DNA of 64,000 nt from Selaginella moellendorffii. Its lineage: Eukaryota; Plantae; Lycopodiophyta. A program made the translations under genes and the position numbers. The DNA is taken from positions 1,535,950 to 1,599,949 of the forward strand of contig NW_003314295.1 in the NCBI RefSeq assembly GCF_000143415.4, read 5' to 3'. The notes under the pieces were generated by a model. The model was not told the origin of the DNA, did not search any database, and saw only the letters and a list, made by a program, of their open reading frames with translations. The first letter of the stretch is position 1. Every line of letters starts with the position of its first letter. Shown in pieces: positions 1-11,730 of the stretch.

Positions 1-491
1 TGGTTGTGGAAAACCCTCACATGTCGAATGACAAGTCCCTGAAAAGTCAATGGACTCAAAGATGGTTTGAAGTAGTTTGTAACTTTCTTTCTCGTTAGGA
101 CATTTTTTTTATATACCTTGATGCAGGTTCTACTTGAAATGATTTCTTTTTCTCACTATCAGTAGAGCATCTTCAGGCTCTACTGACAGTGACAGCCTTA
201 GACAAGGTAGCCAAGTCCAAAGAAAGTTATTCAAAATGTCAAATGAGATATCTTCGACTAGGTAGGATGATTCCACAAACAAGTAACATTGTTCTCACTA
301 TGGAGACTGGTATCTAGGATGATGTTTTCAGTTTACAGGGTTGGCTGTGGAAAACCCTCACACGTCCAATGACAAGTCCCAGAAAAGTCAATGGACTCAA
401 AGATGGTTTGAACTAGTTTGTAACTTTCTTTCTCATTAAAACATTTTTTTTATATACCTTGATGTAGGTTTTACTTGAAATGATTTCTTTT
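1..491. repeat. Imperfect direct duplication, ~150-bp unit (1-150 and 342-491)
   Basis: tgg(t/c)tgtggaaaaccctcaca...gaaaagtcaatggactcaaagatggtttgaa...tacttgaaatgatttctttt occurs twice with a 341-bp offset; each copy includes an intron-like gt...ag segment. Confidence 0.85.
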
Positions 492-689
492 GAGCTACTA
501 TAGGGTGAAGGAGAGCTCAACATTGCCAGAGATGGATATCCAGAGCCAAGAACCAAAACAAACCTTTGATGTATGTGTGCCTTCCCATTTAACTTTCTTC
601 TAAGCTATTTTGTTTTTCTTTTGTAAGTTATCCAGTAGGATCCAGTAAGAGCACGGTCATTCAGAAGCAAGAGCTTTAGTTTAGCGATC

Positions 690-757
690 TGCAAGCTCTG
701 TGACAAAGAGATGTCAAAGATACAAGGACTTTTAGTGACCATGTCAATGTCGTACAC
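690..757 (+). pseudogene. Frameshifted C2H2 zinc-finger relic
   Basis: tgc aag ctc tgt (CKLC) DKEM, then a 1-nt frame change to KDTRTFSDHVNVVH, gives a C-x2-C...H-x4-H pattern. Confidence 0.35.
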
Positions 758-1229
758 GGCTTCAAGCATTTAGGTCAAACAAATCAACAACAAAGCTGAA
801 ATTTGGAATTGCTTGTGGCTCAAGCTCTTTCGCGTTCATTTTCTTGCACATTTACTGCAAGATAGGGTTTAGCATCTAGTATAGAAAGCAATACACCACA
901 TTCTTCACCTAGCTTCTCTGAAGCCCTTAAGGAACTCTCTAGCCAGATGCACAATGATCATTTTCCTGGATTCTGGTGTTAGGCGTACAATGTTAACATG
1001 GTAGATTACCTAAGAGGGGCTTTCAAAGGTAGCTTGTGTTTCTCATATATTAGTTCTCTAATTGATTGTGCAATGCAATTAGCAGCAATCTTGTGAGTCA
1101 TTGCCATGGGATTTCTAGTTTGTGTGCTTTGAAATCTAGAAATTGTTAAGAGAAGCATTGCAAGATTTCATGAATAGATATTTGTATTATAGAGAAAGCA
1201 ATTGAAAAATAGACAAGAGACAATTGTAT

Positions 1230-2593
1230 CTATTTCTGGTTGTTGGCAATTTCCATGGCCGAATTGTTTGGTGTCTCAAAATGGACAATAATATTTGCCT
1301 CATTCAATAGAAAGAATCCTGTTGGTTTTGAAGATAGATAAATAACAATCTTTTCTGGAGACTCCATAGCAAACTTGACCATAGACCCTTCATCCAAATT
1401 ATAAATTTTATCCACCATTTTATCACGCACTGTAACTCTATATTCCATCATGTCATTTGATATAATAAAACCAGTTATTGTAGCTGATTTACAAGGGATG
1501 GAATGCCCTTTACACTTTGCATAAACAACAAAACTATCTTCTCTCTGCTTTAACATTGTGAAAGAGCAAAATGAGCAAAGACTTTCAGCTTGAGTGAGAC
1601 TCTATTAGTTGTCAGGGATGAAATATCCACTAATCTGTATAATTGGAAGTTAGAGTTGAAAGTAGATGTAAACAATTTACATTACCTTGTCTTTAGAAGT
1701 GAGACCACGGTGTGTTTTATAAACTTCATTGAGCCTCTAAATTTCGTTTGAATCAACTAGTGGCAAAAATAAAGTACTTCCAAGTGTTGCTAAATCACCT
1801 GATGCACTCATGTTTTTCATAATATTAAAATATAAAAACTTTGGCATATACACAGCATATAAATCTGCTACAATATGATGATATTGCTCTTCATGCTCCA
1901 GATGCATATAGAGCTGTGAAAATATCTTAGAAATAGAAAATTAAATAGGAAAAAACATTACCATAGTTACGTCCAAAGGATTATCAGAAGAAGCAATCTT
2001 TATTTTAGGAAAAACACTAGTGTTGATTACAACAGCATGTATAGCTTGTGGATAAACTCTAGTAGCCATTAAAGATGATATAGAAGCTCCTCTAGTTGGC
2101 TGTAATCTTAATTTAACATCAAAATCATCTATAATTTGAATGATAGAAGAATCTGTAATATAAAGAACTTTTTCTGAAGTTCCATGGTGGTAAACTGGGT
2201 TTTTCTGTCGTTCAACTCATCTGTAGTGAGAGAATTATAATCTTGTTAATTTTTTTTTAAAAAAATTACAAACCTTGTAAGTGAGAAACATTTACCAACC
2301 ATAAATTTATTATATAATCGTGCACACATGGATGAATCACCATATACAGTTAAAGTTTGCAAGCCATGCATATCTGTACAATCTATTATATAAGTTAAGT
2401 ATTTTGCACTTTGCAGAGTGTTCTTTGCAAGATAAACTTTATAAGTTCCATACCTAGGCAAAAAGCAAATCAAAACTACAGAAAAAAAAATGATTTCAAA
2501 ACCATACGGAGATAAAACCTTCAGCTCAAGAATTTTGGTTGAATTTTCTTTTTCAAAGACAAGTGATGCAATAGTGGCTTTTAGGATGGTCAA
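1230..2593 (-). pseudogene. RPA70-like multi-OB-fold protein with Zn ribbon; spliced, with at least one nonsense codon
   Basis: The 5' exons read ...LTVYGDSSMCARLYNKFMVGKCFSLTRF (OB-fold-like). Extending ORF 1230-1556 upstream gives CSFC...CKGH followed by GFIISNDMMEYRVTVRDKMVDKIY (RPA70 DBD-C-like). An in-frame TAG lies at 1737-1739. Confidence 0.5.
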
Positions 2594-4261
2594 CTTTGTC
2601 CTCTTTGCTTGTGAAACTACAAAACCAAAGAGAAATAAATCAAGAAATACTAAGGAATAAAGAGAAAAACCAAACCTTCATAAGAATTTGATTTTGTAGA
2701 CAAATCCTCAGCCGGTGACGACTGAACAATATCCATAGCACAATCCAAATCTGACATATCTATGTGATTGATTAAACAGAATTACCTCTAGTTAATTTAT
2801 ACTAGTAAAAAGATCCAAAAATAAACTAGACTTCACTTTGAAGATAAAAGAATATAACTTTGAGCTAAAAATTAAAATCCGTCAACTTGCCAAACTTAGG
2901 GTTACGGTAGACAATAAACCAATTCGGCAGGTGACAAACCTTCTGAACCTTTTCAACCTTTTCGTGCATTGGCTCTCCTCATTTGTAAACATCCTTGCCA
3001 GATACTTCTCATCATCAACCAAGCTGAAGCTAGAAGCAGCCTAACTGTACTCCTCAGCTGCTACAATCTCCCTCCATCGGTCGCTTTAGAAAAGAGGAAT
3101 GAATAGGAATAGAAAGATTGTCCTCCACTGATCTTTGTTTTCTACCCACTGCCCACTCACATAATAGGGAGCCATACAGAGGAAGATCTAAGCTCCATCC
3201 ATAGATGCATTCCAGGTTGATTGATTGATTCTGGGCAATCAATCAGTACCACCATAGTGGGTTTCTGATCCTGGATCGTGGCTCTCAGCTCAAACAGCCA
3301 ATTCTCAATCAATTCACTAGTCCAAATATGATTTTCTTGATGCTTCCCAGGGACAAGAGCAATCCATTGGAGCCAGTGGACAATGTAGCTGCCGGGAACG
3401 ACGATAGCATCATGATTGATCTCGAGGGGGTACTACTCAAATCCCTGAGCTGGTTTCAATGCTTCATGCTTGTCACAATTGAGGCTGGGAGGCCTCTATG
3501 AGCGCTTCTCCTATTTTTCATTCTTCCCTTCATGTGGATCACTGGCTGCTTCATCCATCCAGTCTTGGCTCCAGATTCTCTGCTTCATGGCAGATCCTAG
3601 ATTGAGGGCCTTGGCAGTGGAACTTTGAGAGCTCCCTTGCAATTGCCATTATGGACATAGAGCCTAACCAATGCACTATACATTACACAGTTTCTTTGGC
3701 TCATGCTCCAAAAACCACGTATGCTCATGATGATACAAAGTGGTTAGAAAAGTTTATAAATTATAAACATGTTTATAAATTATAAATATGAAATTAATCT
3801 AAATGACCACCATTGGATGATAAAATATCCAAGAATATCCAAGCATATTCTAAGTATATTCATTACCATCTTAGTCCTCCTACAAGTTTGCTTAAGAAAA
3901 CCAAAAAGCAAACTAATAAAAGAGTTTAAAACCTAGATCTTGAACTCAGAACATGTAAAACATTGCATTACAAATACCTTTGACTCCCAAAATTAGTTTA
4001 AGCAAAAGAGAAGATAAAAAAAGGGAATGTGCTACATGAGTGGATAAATAGAAGGTTAGAAAAACCATTCAATCAATAGCTAAAGAGCCCTTAAAAACAA
4101 TTAGCTATATGGTCTTTATAGCAATGTTGAAGTAAACATTAATACTAAAAATTGCTGCTTGCTAAGAGAGGTAGAATAGGATAAAAACCGTTCCATAAGG
4201 TCCTAGATGCCCTTATGTGCCAGGCCAACCTCATTCCATGGCCTATGGGATTAAAAGCTGC

Positions 4262-4347
4262 CACAACTAAATTTGAAATGAACAAGAATTGAAGGGTTGG
4301 GAGGTTGGCTTAGGGTTTGCTCCTTGTTCATTTTAAATTTAGTTGTG
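4262..4347. repeat. 25-bp inverted repeat (hairpin, 36-nt loop)
   Basis: cacaactaaatttgaaatgaacaag (4262-4286) vs cttgttcattttaaatttagttgtg (4323-4347); one mismatch, a G-U pair on the + strand. Confidence 0.8.
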
Positions 4348-7300
4348 ATTATAACTTGTAGATAATAATGAAACCCTATCTAAAACTTTGGTTAGTCTAG
4401 ATGAGTAATGAAACATGTCTGAAGCCAATCAAAGAGCATGCCAATCCTCATTCCTGATGAATGCTCTTATCCAAGTGAAGCATCATGTAGGAGGTGATAT
4501 CATCCCCGAGTTGATGAACTTCCACCAGCTTTACTGCTATTTATGCACACTTGAGCTCTTGCTAAATGTGTTGTTGGAAGAGAGGTGGTTTGTTGGCAAG
4601 GCCTAGGAGCTAATCCAACATCTATGGAGTTAATTGGAGAAGTTATAGAAAACTCATGTTTGGCTGCATCAATTTCAAGTCCTCAACTAGTGAGTATGAT
4701 TAGTGTTGTTATAAAGCATGAGACATCTCCATCTATGGAATGTGTGTATCTTCCACACTTGGAGTTGTTGAGAGATACTACTGCTCTAGCTCTACTCTTA
4801 TCTCTAAAGAATATGTTTATTAGCATTTTGTCTTTGTATACCACCTTACTTTGCATTAGGACTGATTGATCAAGCATTTCTTCTCACAAGCTTTTTCACA
4901 TGTCAAAGCATAGGAAGCATCTAAGGAAGTCATTGCATCCACTTGACTACTCAAGAGAGGTTGAGAGCCATGATCCACTTCTATAAACTCCACAACATCT
5001 CAAAACTTGCTAGAGATCATTCCTATACCAACTTCTTGATGGTTGACAATCATGGTAGCCTCAACTAAATAAAGCCAACCTTAACCATATAATCCTAGCC
5101 CTATTCCTATAGTTTAGCCAACCTTCTCCACCATCCAAAAGCTTTCTCCAACTCTCACGGGAGAGCTCTCCAAGCCATCGCTGTTGTCCCTCAACAAAGT
5201 TATTGCCCTTATTATTGCAGCCAATGTGTTCATCCAAAAAATTCTTTGGAGTGGAGGAGAAGCCCACTAGATTGACACCTTTCCCCTTCATATCCTGCAA
5301 AACTTGGTGTTATTATGAAGATGATACATTACCACTCTATGAAGATGCACCACCTACTAAGCGAGTATTATTTGGTAATGGCCTTTGCTGGAAAATTTGC
5401 TATTGTGGAACTAACTTCTGAGATTATCCACAATATACTAAGTAGTAGCATCGGTCCTCTTCATGCCCAAAATGCCCATAAAAGTCATATTGTTGTCTCA
5501 ATTGAGGCATTAACCCTACTTCTTGCTGATACAAGTGTGGTGAAAGAGCATTATTATATCCTTGACCATCATCAATAGGCTCTTGATCTAGCATTCACGT
5601 TGTCTTTATTGGGGCTTTTGGTTTTAGGGGGAAATTGAGCTTAAGAACTAATAGAGGCAAGGAAGAGGGATGTTGCCAACATCACCAATCCTTCATTAAC
5701 TTTGCCAGAGTAGCTATGGTGGAGGATAAGTTCTTTTTCTCCTTTTGTTGCTCTTACAATTTGGTTTTCACTCTTTTTCTCAATTTAACTTCACGACTAA
5801 GTGGCAAGAAGCACTTTTAGCAATGGCACTTCATTTAGATCTGAGATTGAGTGATCCAAACAACCCTAGCTTGCACTCCAGAATTAGAATTCTTGGGCCC
5901 TTTGCAGCTAAGGCTTCTAGGGTTGGCATTGGTAAAGTGTTGTAGTCTTAGGAGGCTCTAAAGTTATTTTGATAGCGAATGGATAGTTGCAAAAGCTTTA
6001 GAAATAGATTTTCTTACCAAGATTTATATAATTTTATTTGCCTTGACATATAATAGAGACAGTAGTGGTCAAGGATTGGTATAGGTAGATCTCACTTTAG
6101 GGGTGATTTTAGCAACTAAGACTTGAAAAAGTTCCCAACTTTCTAGAGTCTTTTTGAAATATTATGTATAGTATTTTGCTTTGGGATGATTGGGAAGGGA
6201 GGATTTTTGGATCTAGTGGCAGGGATTGCTACTATAATTAGGGCTAATAGCCAATAAAAGTGACTTAATGTTGCATGTGTAGAGGATTTATATATTTCTT
6301 CTCTAATGACAAATATAAAGGAAATTTACTCTAGTAGAGGTTGTGGAAATTCTCTAATCCCTATAGCAGGGCTAGGACTCTTTTAAAGATGGGTTAGCAC
6401 ACTTGTCTCATGTGGGAGCATGGGACAAGTAGGGTAGCATGCTCTGACCATGAGTTGGAGGAAGTTCACACCTCACAAGCAATGTACAAGTTGGAGTCAT
6501 ATCACAATTAAACATTGTTTTGGCATTAGAAGTATGTTGGTGGTGGAGTGCTTTATGGCAAATTTTATATATCACAGAGTATAGCAAGTGGCTCCAAGTT
6601 TCATAGTGGAATCATCTAGATGTAGACAGCCTAAGGAGTTTGTGCTCATAATTTTGCTAATTTCACCTTTTAAGAGTGCTCTATTAATGTTGTTTTAATT
6701 TTTATAGGATATGAGGTAATATATATATACATTTACTAAAGGAAGGATATTGAGAAATGATATTCTCTATATCTTGGGGTATCATAAGGATGCTAAAGTG
6801 TGGTCATGAAATGATCACTCATGGATGTATGGCCTAATTTTGGAGAGACAAGACATGGTATAGATGATTTTAGACTATCAATTAGACAAGGGTAAAAAGA
6901 TAAGAGCCTTGGCATAATGGGTTAAGATATCAATGGTACCTTTGGGTGTCTAAATTAAGATTAAACATGTATAGCACTTGGACTAAATGTGAAGCTAGTG
7001 TGGTCTTAAGGTTGAATAGCAAATACCCTAGGCAAATAAGAACTTACAAAGGTTATAAGTGAAATTTTTCCAAGTGGTCAAAGGCGTTGTTAAGTGACTA
7101 AAGTAGAATGAAAACTTTAGTTACTTATATATAAAAGCTATATTTGTCCACATTTTCTTGCAAAAATTGATCTCCTTTCATAATGCTAGCTTGAGGTTCT
7201 ATTTGTTTAGAAATCTTTAGCATAACTTGTAAGGATATAGATTATTCACCTCAAGACCATTTTTTGAATCTGGTTCATAGTCACTATTCCATGAATCATA

Positions 7301-7979
7301 GCTATTATCATTGCTTATGGGAGATTCTTTTAGCACATTTTTAAGATTTTATTGCACAGCTACATTAACTTGCTTCTTCTCATTACATATAATCATTATT
7401 GGTATATACCTTACATAGCCAATAAAATAAATATATTTATAAAATTTTTGAAAATTCAAAATTTAGGATAACCATCACTATTTTTCTTTAGATGCACGTT
7501 GACTATGGTGGATATCCCATAAACTATTATGAAAAGATTAATAATCATTCCAATTGGCTTCACTTGATGATCACTTGCCACTTTGATCTTCTACCTCAAG
7601 GGTTGAGTATATTTCAAAGCAAGTTTCTCTATCACTCAGTTGCTCATGATATATATGGTTACACCACCATCAACTAAAATCCTTTATACTTAAATCCTTT
7701 TGAGAATAGCTTCCATCATTAAAACATCCATGTTAGCCTTAGTAGCAAGAGTTTGCACTTTATGTACTACCATCTTTTTTCTTTCTCACTCTTATACTTT
7801 TGCAATCTTGGTCATTTGGAGTAGAGTTGAGCAATAATGATGTTTGCATAAATTTCATTTAAATCACTTATGATGGAATACTCTTTTTAACCTTTACTAA
7901 TCTCCATATCTTAGATCCTAACCTTTTAACAAGGTTGTGCCACTTTGTTTTTTTTTCTTAGTAGAGCAAGTTTCCATTA

Positions 7980-10900
7980 GGGTAACGGGCCCAATTTCTG
8001 CCAGGGTTAATAAAATAATGTACGAATTCATCTATTTTATATATAATTTGTGTACGTAAAGGTATAATAAAAAAGTTTATATGATTACTGCTTATAAACT
8101 AATTCTTAGAAAACACTACTCACAAAATTTTAAAAGCCGCTCATTACCCAAAAAGTCTAAACTTATCCTAAGTCTGTCCATTTATGGTCTAATATTTGTC
8201 CATTTATGGCCCAATTTTTTGTCCATGAATGGCTCTAACATCATCCATTTGTTGCTGTGAGGAGGAGTGAGGGCGGCATGGGACAATAACATTCTCCAGG
8301 TAACTACAAGCAAGCCCAAAAATATTAGAGTGAAAACAAGTAAATTCTTTACCTTTATTTTTGGTGTTTACTTGGCATTAAAGATTCCAAGACTTTGTTC
8401 TTTCTCTTTTTTGTTTTTTTCTCATTGCTTCCTCTTCTTTCTCCCTTTTTTTCCAAGGCTTCCAAATTTTTCTTCCCTATTACTTCAACTTTTCTGGTTG
8501 CTACTTCTTCCCTCTCTTTTTTCTTGATGGCTGCTGCTTCTTTCTTTTTTATTGTTGCTTTTTTCTTTCCTTTTTTCCTTGTAGCCCTTTCAATTGCTTC
8601 CAATTTTTTCTGCTTCTCATGTGCTTCTTTTGCAGTGGCAATTGCTTCAACAACACTAGTGAATTTTGGACTTGTTAAAACAATTCTAGCACTAGCTTGC
8701 AACACTGGTCCAAGTCGAGGACGACTTTGCACCCTTGAAAATAATTTTGCATGCAGGTATGCCACCCTGTTGTTTTCTGATTGTCATCCAGGCACATCCA
8801 CATGTTGCTCACATTGCTCAACTCGATGCTCTAGCGAAGCTCCTAGGAAACAAAGTTGTAAGTGAATGAGAATTGAGAAGTGCTTTTTACCTAGTTGCTC
8901 AAGTTGTCTAGGAAGTTCATGATGCTCAAGCTAGTCACGATCACTGCTTGCTTGCTGCTCAAGTTGCACTGGATGCTATAGATGGACCTTAGTTTGCACT
9001 GGATCCTCATGCTCCTTAGGCTGCACTAGATCTTGCTCAAGTTCTAGTTTGTGATTAAGGTGGCTGCCAATTTCTTGGTCTTCCACCTCCAAAGTGTTTT
9101 TGAAGCTTGCTTCAAAGTCGTTGAGTGATACTGTATGGAGTGTACTTGGACCAAAGTGAGTGTCCATAACATTCTTGTTCAACGGCCATAAACCACTTGC
9201 TCTAAAACCGGACTAGATGTTTACAGGTGTTAAAGCCATAGCCATGGCTCTACTAGATAATTGTGCGAGATCTTGACAATTGACTTTGTGTTCTAGATGT
9301 CCAAGACTATGTTCATCCATGCATTGCTTGAAGTAACGCTTGTATAGCCCAAAACATGCAATGTCTAACAGCTGCATGTGGTGAGAAGTATGTGCTGGAA
9401 GAAGAATCACATCTACACCTAACATTCTTGCTATGTCAAGTGCAACCTTTGTGCCATGGGATCCATGGCCATCAACAATGAGAGCATGGTGGTTTATAGG
9501 CAAGCATCCACCAGGTACTAATTTCACAAAGTGTTCAAGCCACTATAGCCACAAGTTGTCTATCATCCAGGCTTTCTTGCTGATGGCGAATGCAACTCCA
9601 ACTTCACAATTTGCAATCCAATTCTGCATCCTTCGCTCACCTTTGAAGATATAAAAGTTAGGTATTTGTCGACCTACTACATTTATGGCCACTAGAACAG
9701 TCACATGCTCTATGTTGTTTTTAACGATTCGGTAGTAGGATCTTGCACGTTAGGCAGCCAACACTTTGACACCTCCAAAATGATTAGCTCAAATGCCAGT
9801 TTCATCAGCATTCCAGATGTGATCTGCCTCATAGTTGTTTCTAGTGTAAGTTGCTTCCAAGTTTTTGTAGAATTTTGCCACAGCTACTTAATTCAAGGAT
9901 TTTGCTCGTTGCAGCTCCAAGGCCTTAGCGACTTTGCTACTGATCTCTAGATGTCTTTTCATAAAACCTCTGCACCATTTTAGACTTGGTCCTCCTTCTA
10001 TCTAGGTAGTTACTTTGCTAGCAACTAACAGCTTTGCTGCATCTTTTAGTTGATTGAAAGTGAGTGGATAATCAATTTCAGCTCGAGCTTTCACCAGAGA
10101 TGCAAGAGACTCTTCTTCCGATGATGTAAGAATGGTGGGAGGACCTGGTTGTCCTATGCTACATCCCCTTAACCAATCTCACAAAGTCATTCGAGGTATG
10201 TTGAATTCTTGAGTAACTTTTCTTTCATACATGCCATACTCTTCCACCTCATGCATAGCCTTCTTTATTGATTCTTCATTCCATGTTCTAGTTGCATGCT
10301 TCTGGCTACATGCTTTGACTGGAGGTTGACTTACAAGACATGGACAAACAGTAAAGAAGTCAAATATTTCTTTTTCTTTCAACTTGATGATCTTTTACCT
10401 TTGCACTTTCAGGGACAGGAGCTGCCAAACTTCTCTGCACCACGGGCTAGAAGCAAGTCTAGTTAAAAATCTGAAATGGAAACAGATAGTTACCTTTTGT
10501 TGAGGACAGCCCAGAATGGGGCAGCCTTTGGGAATTGGGAGTGTTTGCACACGAGCTCTTGAAAGTTGTGTTCTTTTGCCCTATAGTATGCTAGTTTCTT
10601 GTTATAACTTTTTGACCAAACAAGGAAATGGCATGCGATGTGCTTTGTGTACACATATTGTGCTAGCTGAGCTTTGTAATTGATTGAATAGTAAATCTTG
10701 TGATAGGATCTAAGAAATTATTAAGAAATAAATGTTTTTCTTCTTCAAAAGAGTGGCATACCTCAATGTGTTCTTTCCAACTTTTTCACTTTTTTTTTGC
10801 CCACTCTTGAGATATTTTGACCCTATGATGAAATGCAATTTAATGAATAGCTAAACTCAACAAATCTCTTGCTCCTACAATTTTATTAAGCTCTCTTCTA

Positions 10901-11105
10901 AACTCAGGAATACAGATGAAATAGAATGAATTCCTTTTCTTCTAAATAGCTAGATTTGTGATTGAAAAAAATGATGAATCATAACTTAAAGTGCCATAAA
11001 ACCTGCTAAAAAATTGCCATATAATTTTCCATTTATCACATGGACATGGTTTGGGCTAGGGGTGGCCAGAATTAAAGACCCGGGCGAGAATTAAGCCCAT
11101 TACCC
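7980..11105 (-). mobile_element. pogo/Fot-like (Tc1-mariner group, DD35D) DNA transposon, degenerate
   Basis: Imperfect 28-bp TIRs gggtaacgggcccaatttctgccagggt / gggtaatgggcttaattctcgcccgggt (21/28 identical), flanked by TA at 7978-7979 and 11106-11107; internal transposase relic. Confidence 0.85.
8355..10382 (-). pseudogene. DDE_1 (pogo/CENP-B-type) transposase pseudogene
   Basis: HTH_psq-like WNEESIKKAMHEV...EFNIPRMTL; Tc5-type HTH (GPSLKWCRGFMKRH); IWNADETG; LIVDGHGSH...LPAHTSHHMQLLD with 35 residues between D2 and D3. Stops at 10179 and 9213, among others. Confidence 0.85.
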
Positions 11106-11730
11106 TAGATTCAACTTTAGTTACTCCCTTCATGCAAGCACATCTTGATCTTTGGAATTAAAATATTTATTATTGCCATTTGAAGCTTTTTTAAAATTCA
11201 CTTCTGGCTCTATAGGGGTGGCTTTTGTGCATAATCCTTTGGTGGTTGAATTATAAGGTGATCTTTGTGCTCGTCATCACCAGGTTCCTTGTCTCTAGCA
11301 CACCACCAGGTGAGTGTGAGTTGAAATGCAGATTTTTTATCTCAAAAAATTGATTGAGATACATGTTTTGGAGATGCTTTTCTTCCAATTCTTGGGGCAA
11401 ATCAATTGGCCAACAGCCGCACATTGCATGTGGATGTGGAGGAGAAACAAGAGTGGCAAGTTGTAGATCATGAGTTCATTCAGAATGTGGTTGTGTTACC
11501 CAAGGAGGTACTGTTCTTGATCAAGACACTGCCTTTCTATCACTTTCTGCAACCTAACAAGCTACTGACTTGCGTTTTTGACAACAACACTGAAGCTGAG
11601 GTTCGTGGGATTGACAGGCAGCAATCCTCATCGAAATTCTGGAAATCAATCTGCTACTTAGCGCTTCTGAATTCGCTAACCAGACCCGACCTCCTAAGCT
11701 GCTGCCTAAAAAACTCTCTCTTCCCCCATC

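Noticed and set aside
3753-3786. AT-rich near-palindrome
   Set aside because: Low complexity; readily produced by chance or slippage.
3000-7900. Short ORFs in AT-rich, CpG-poor DNA
   Set aside because: No recognisable domain; probably old TE debris that I cannot classify by eye.
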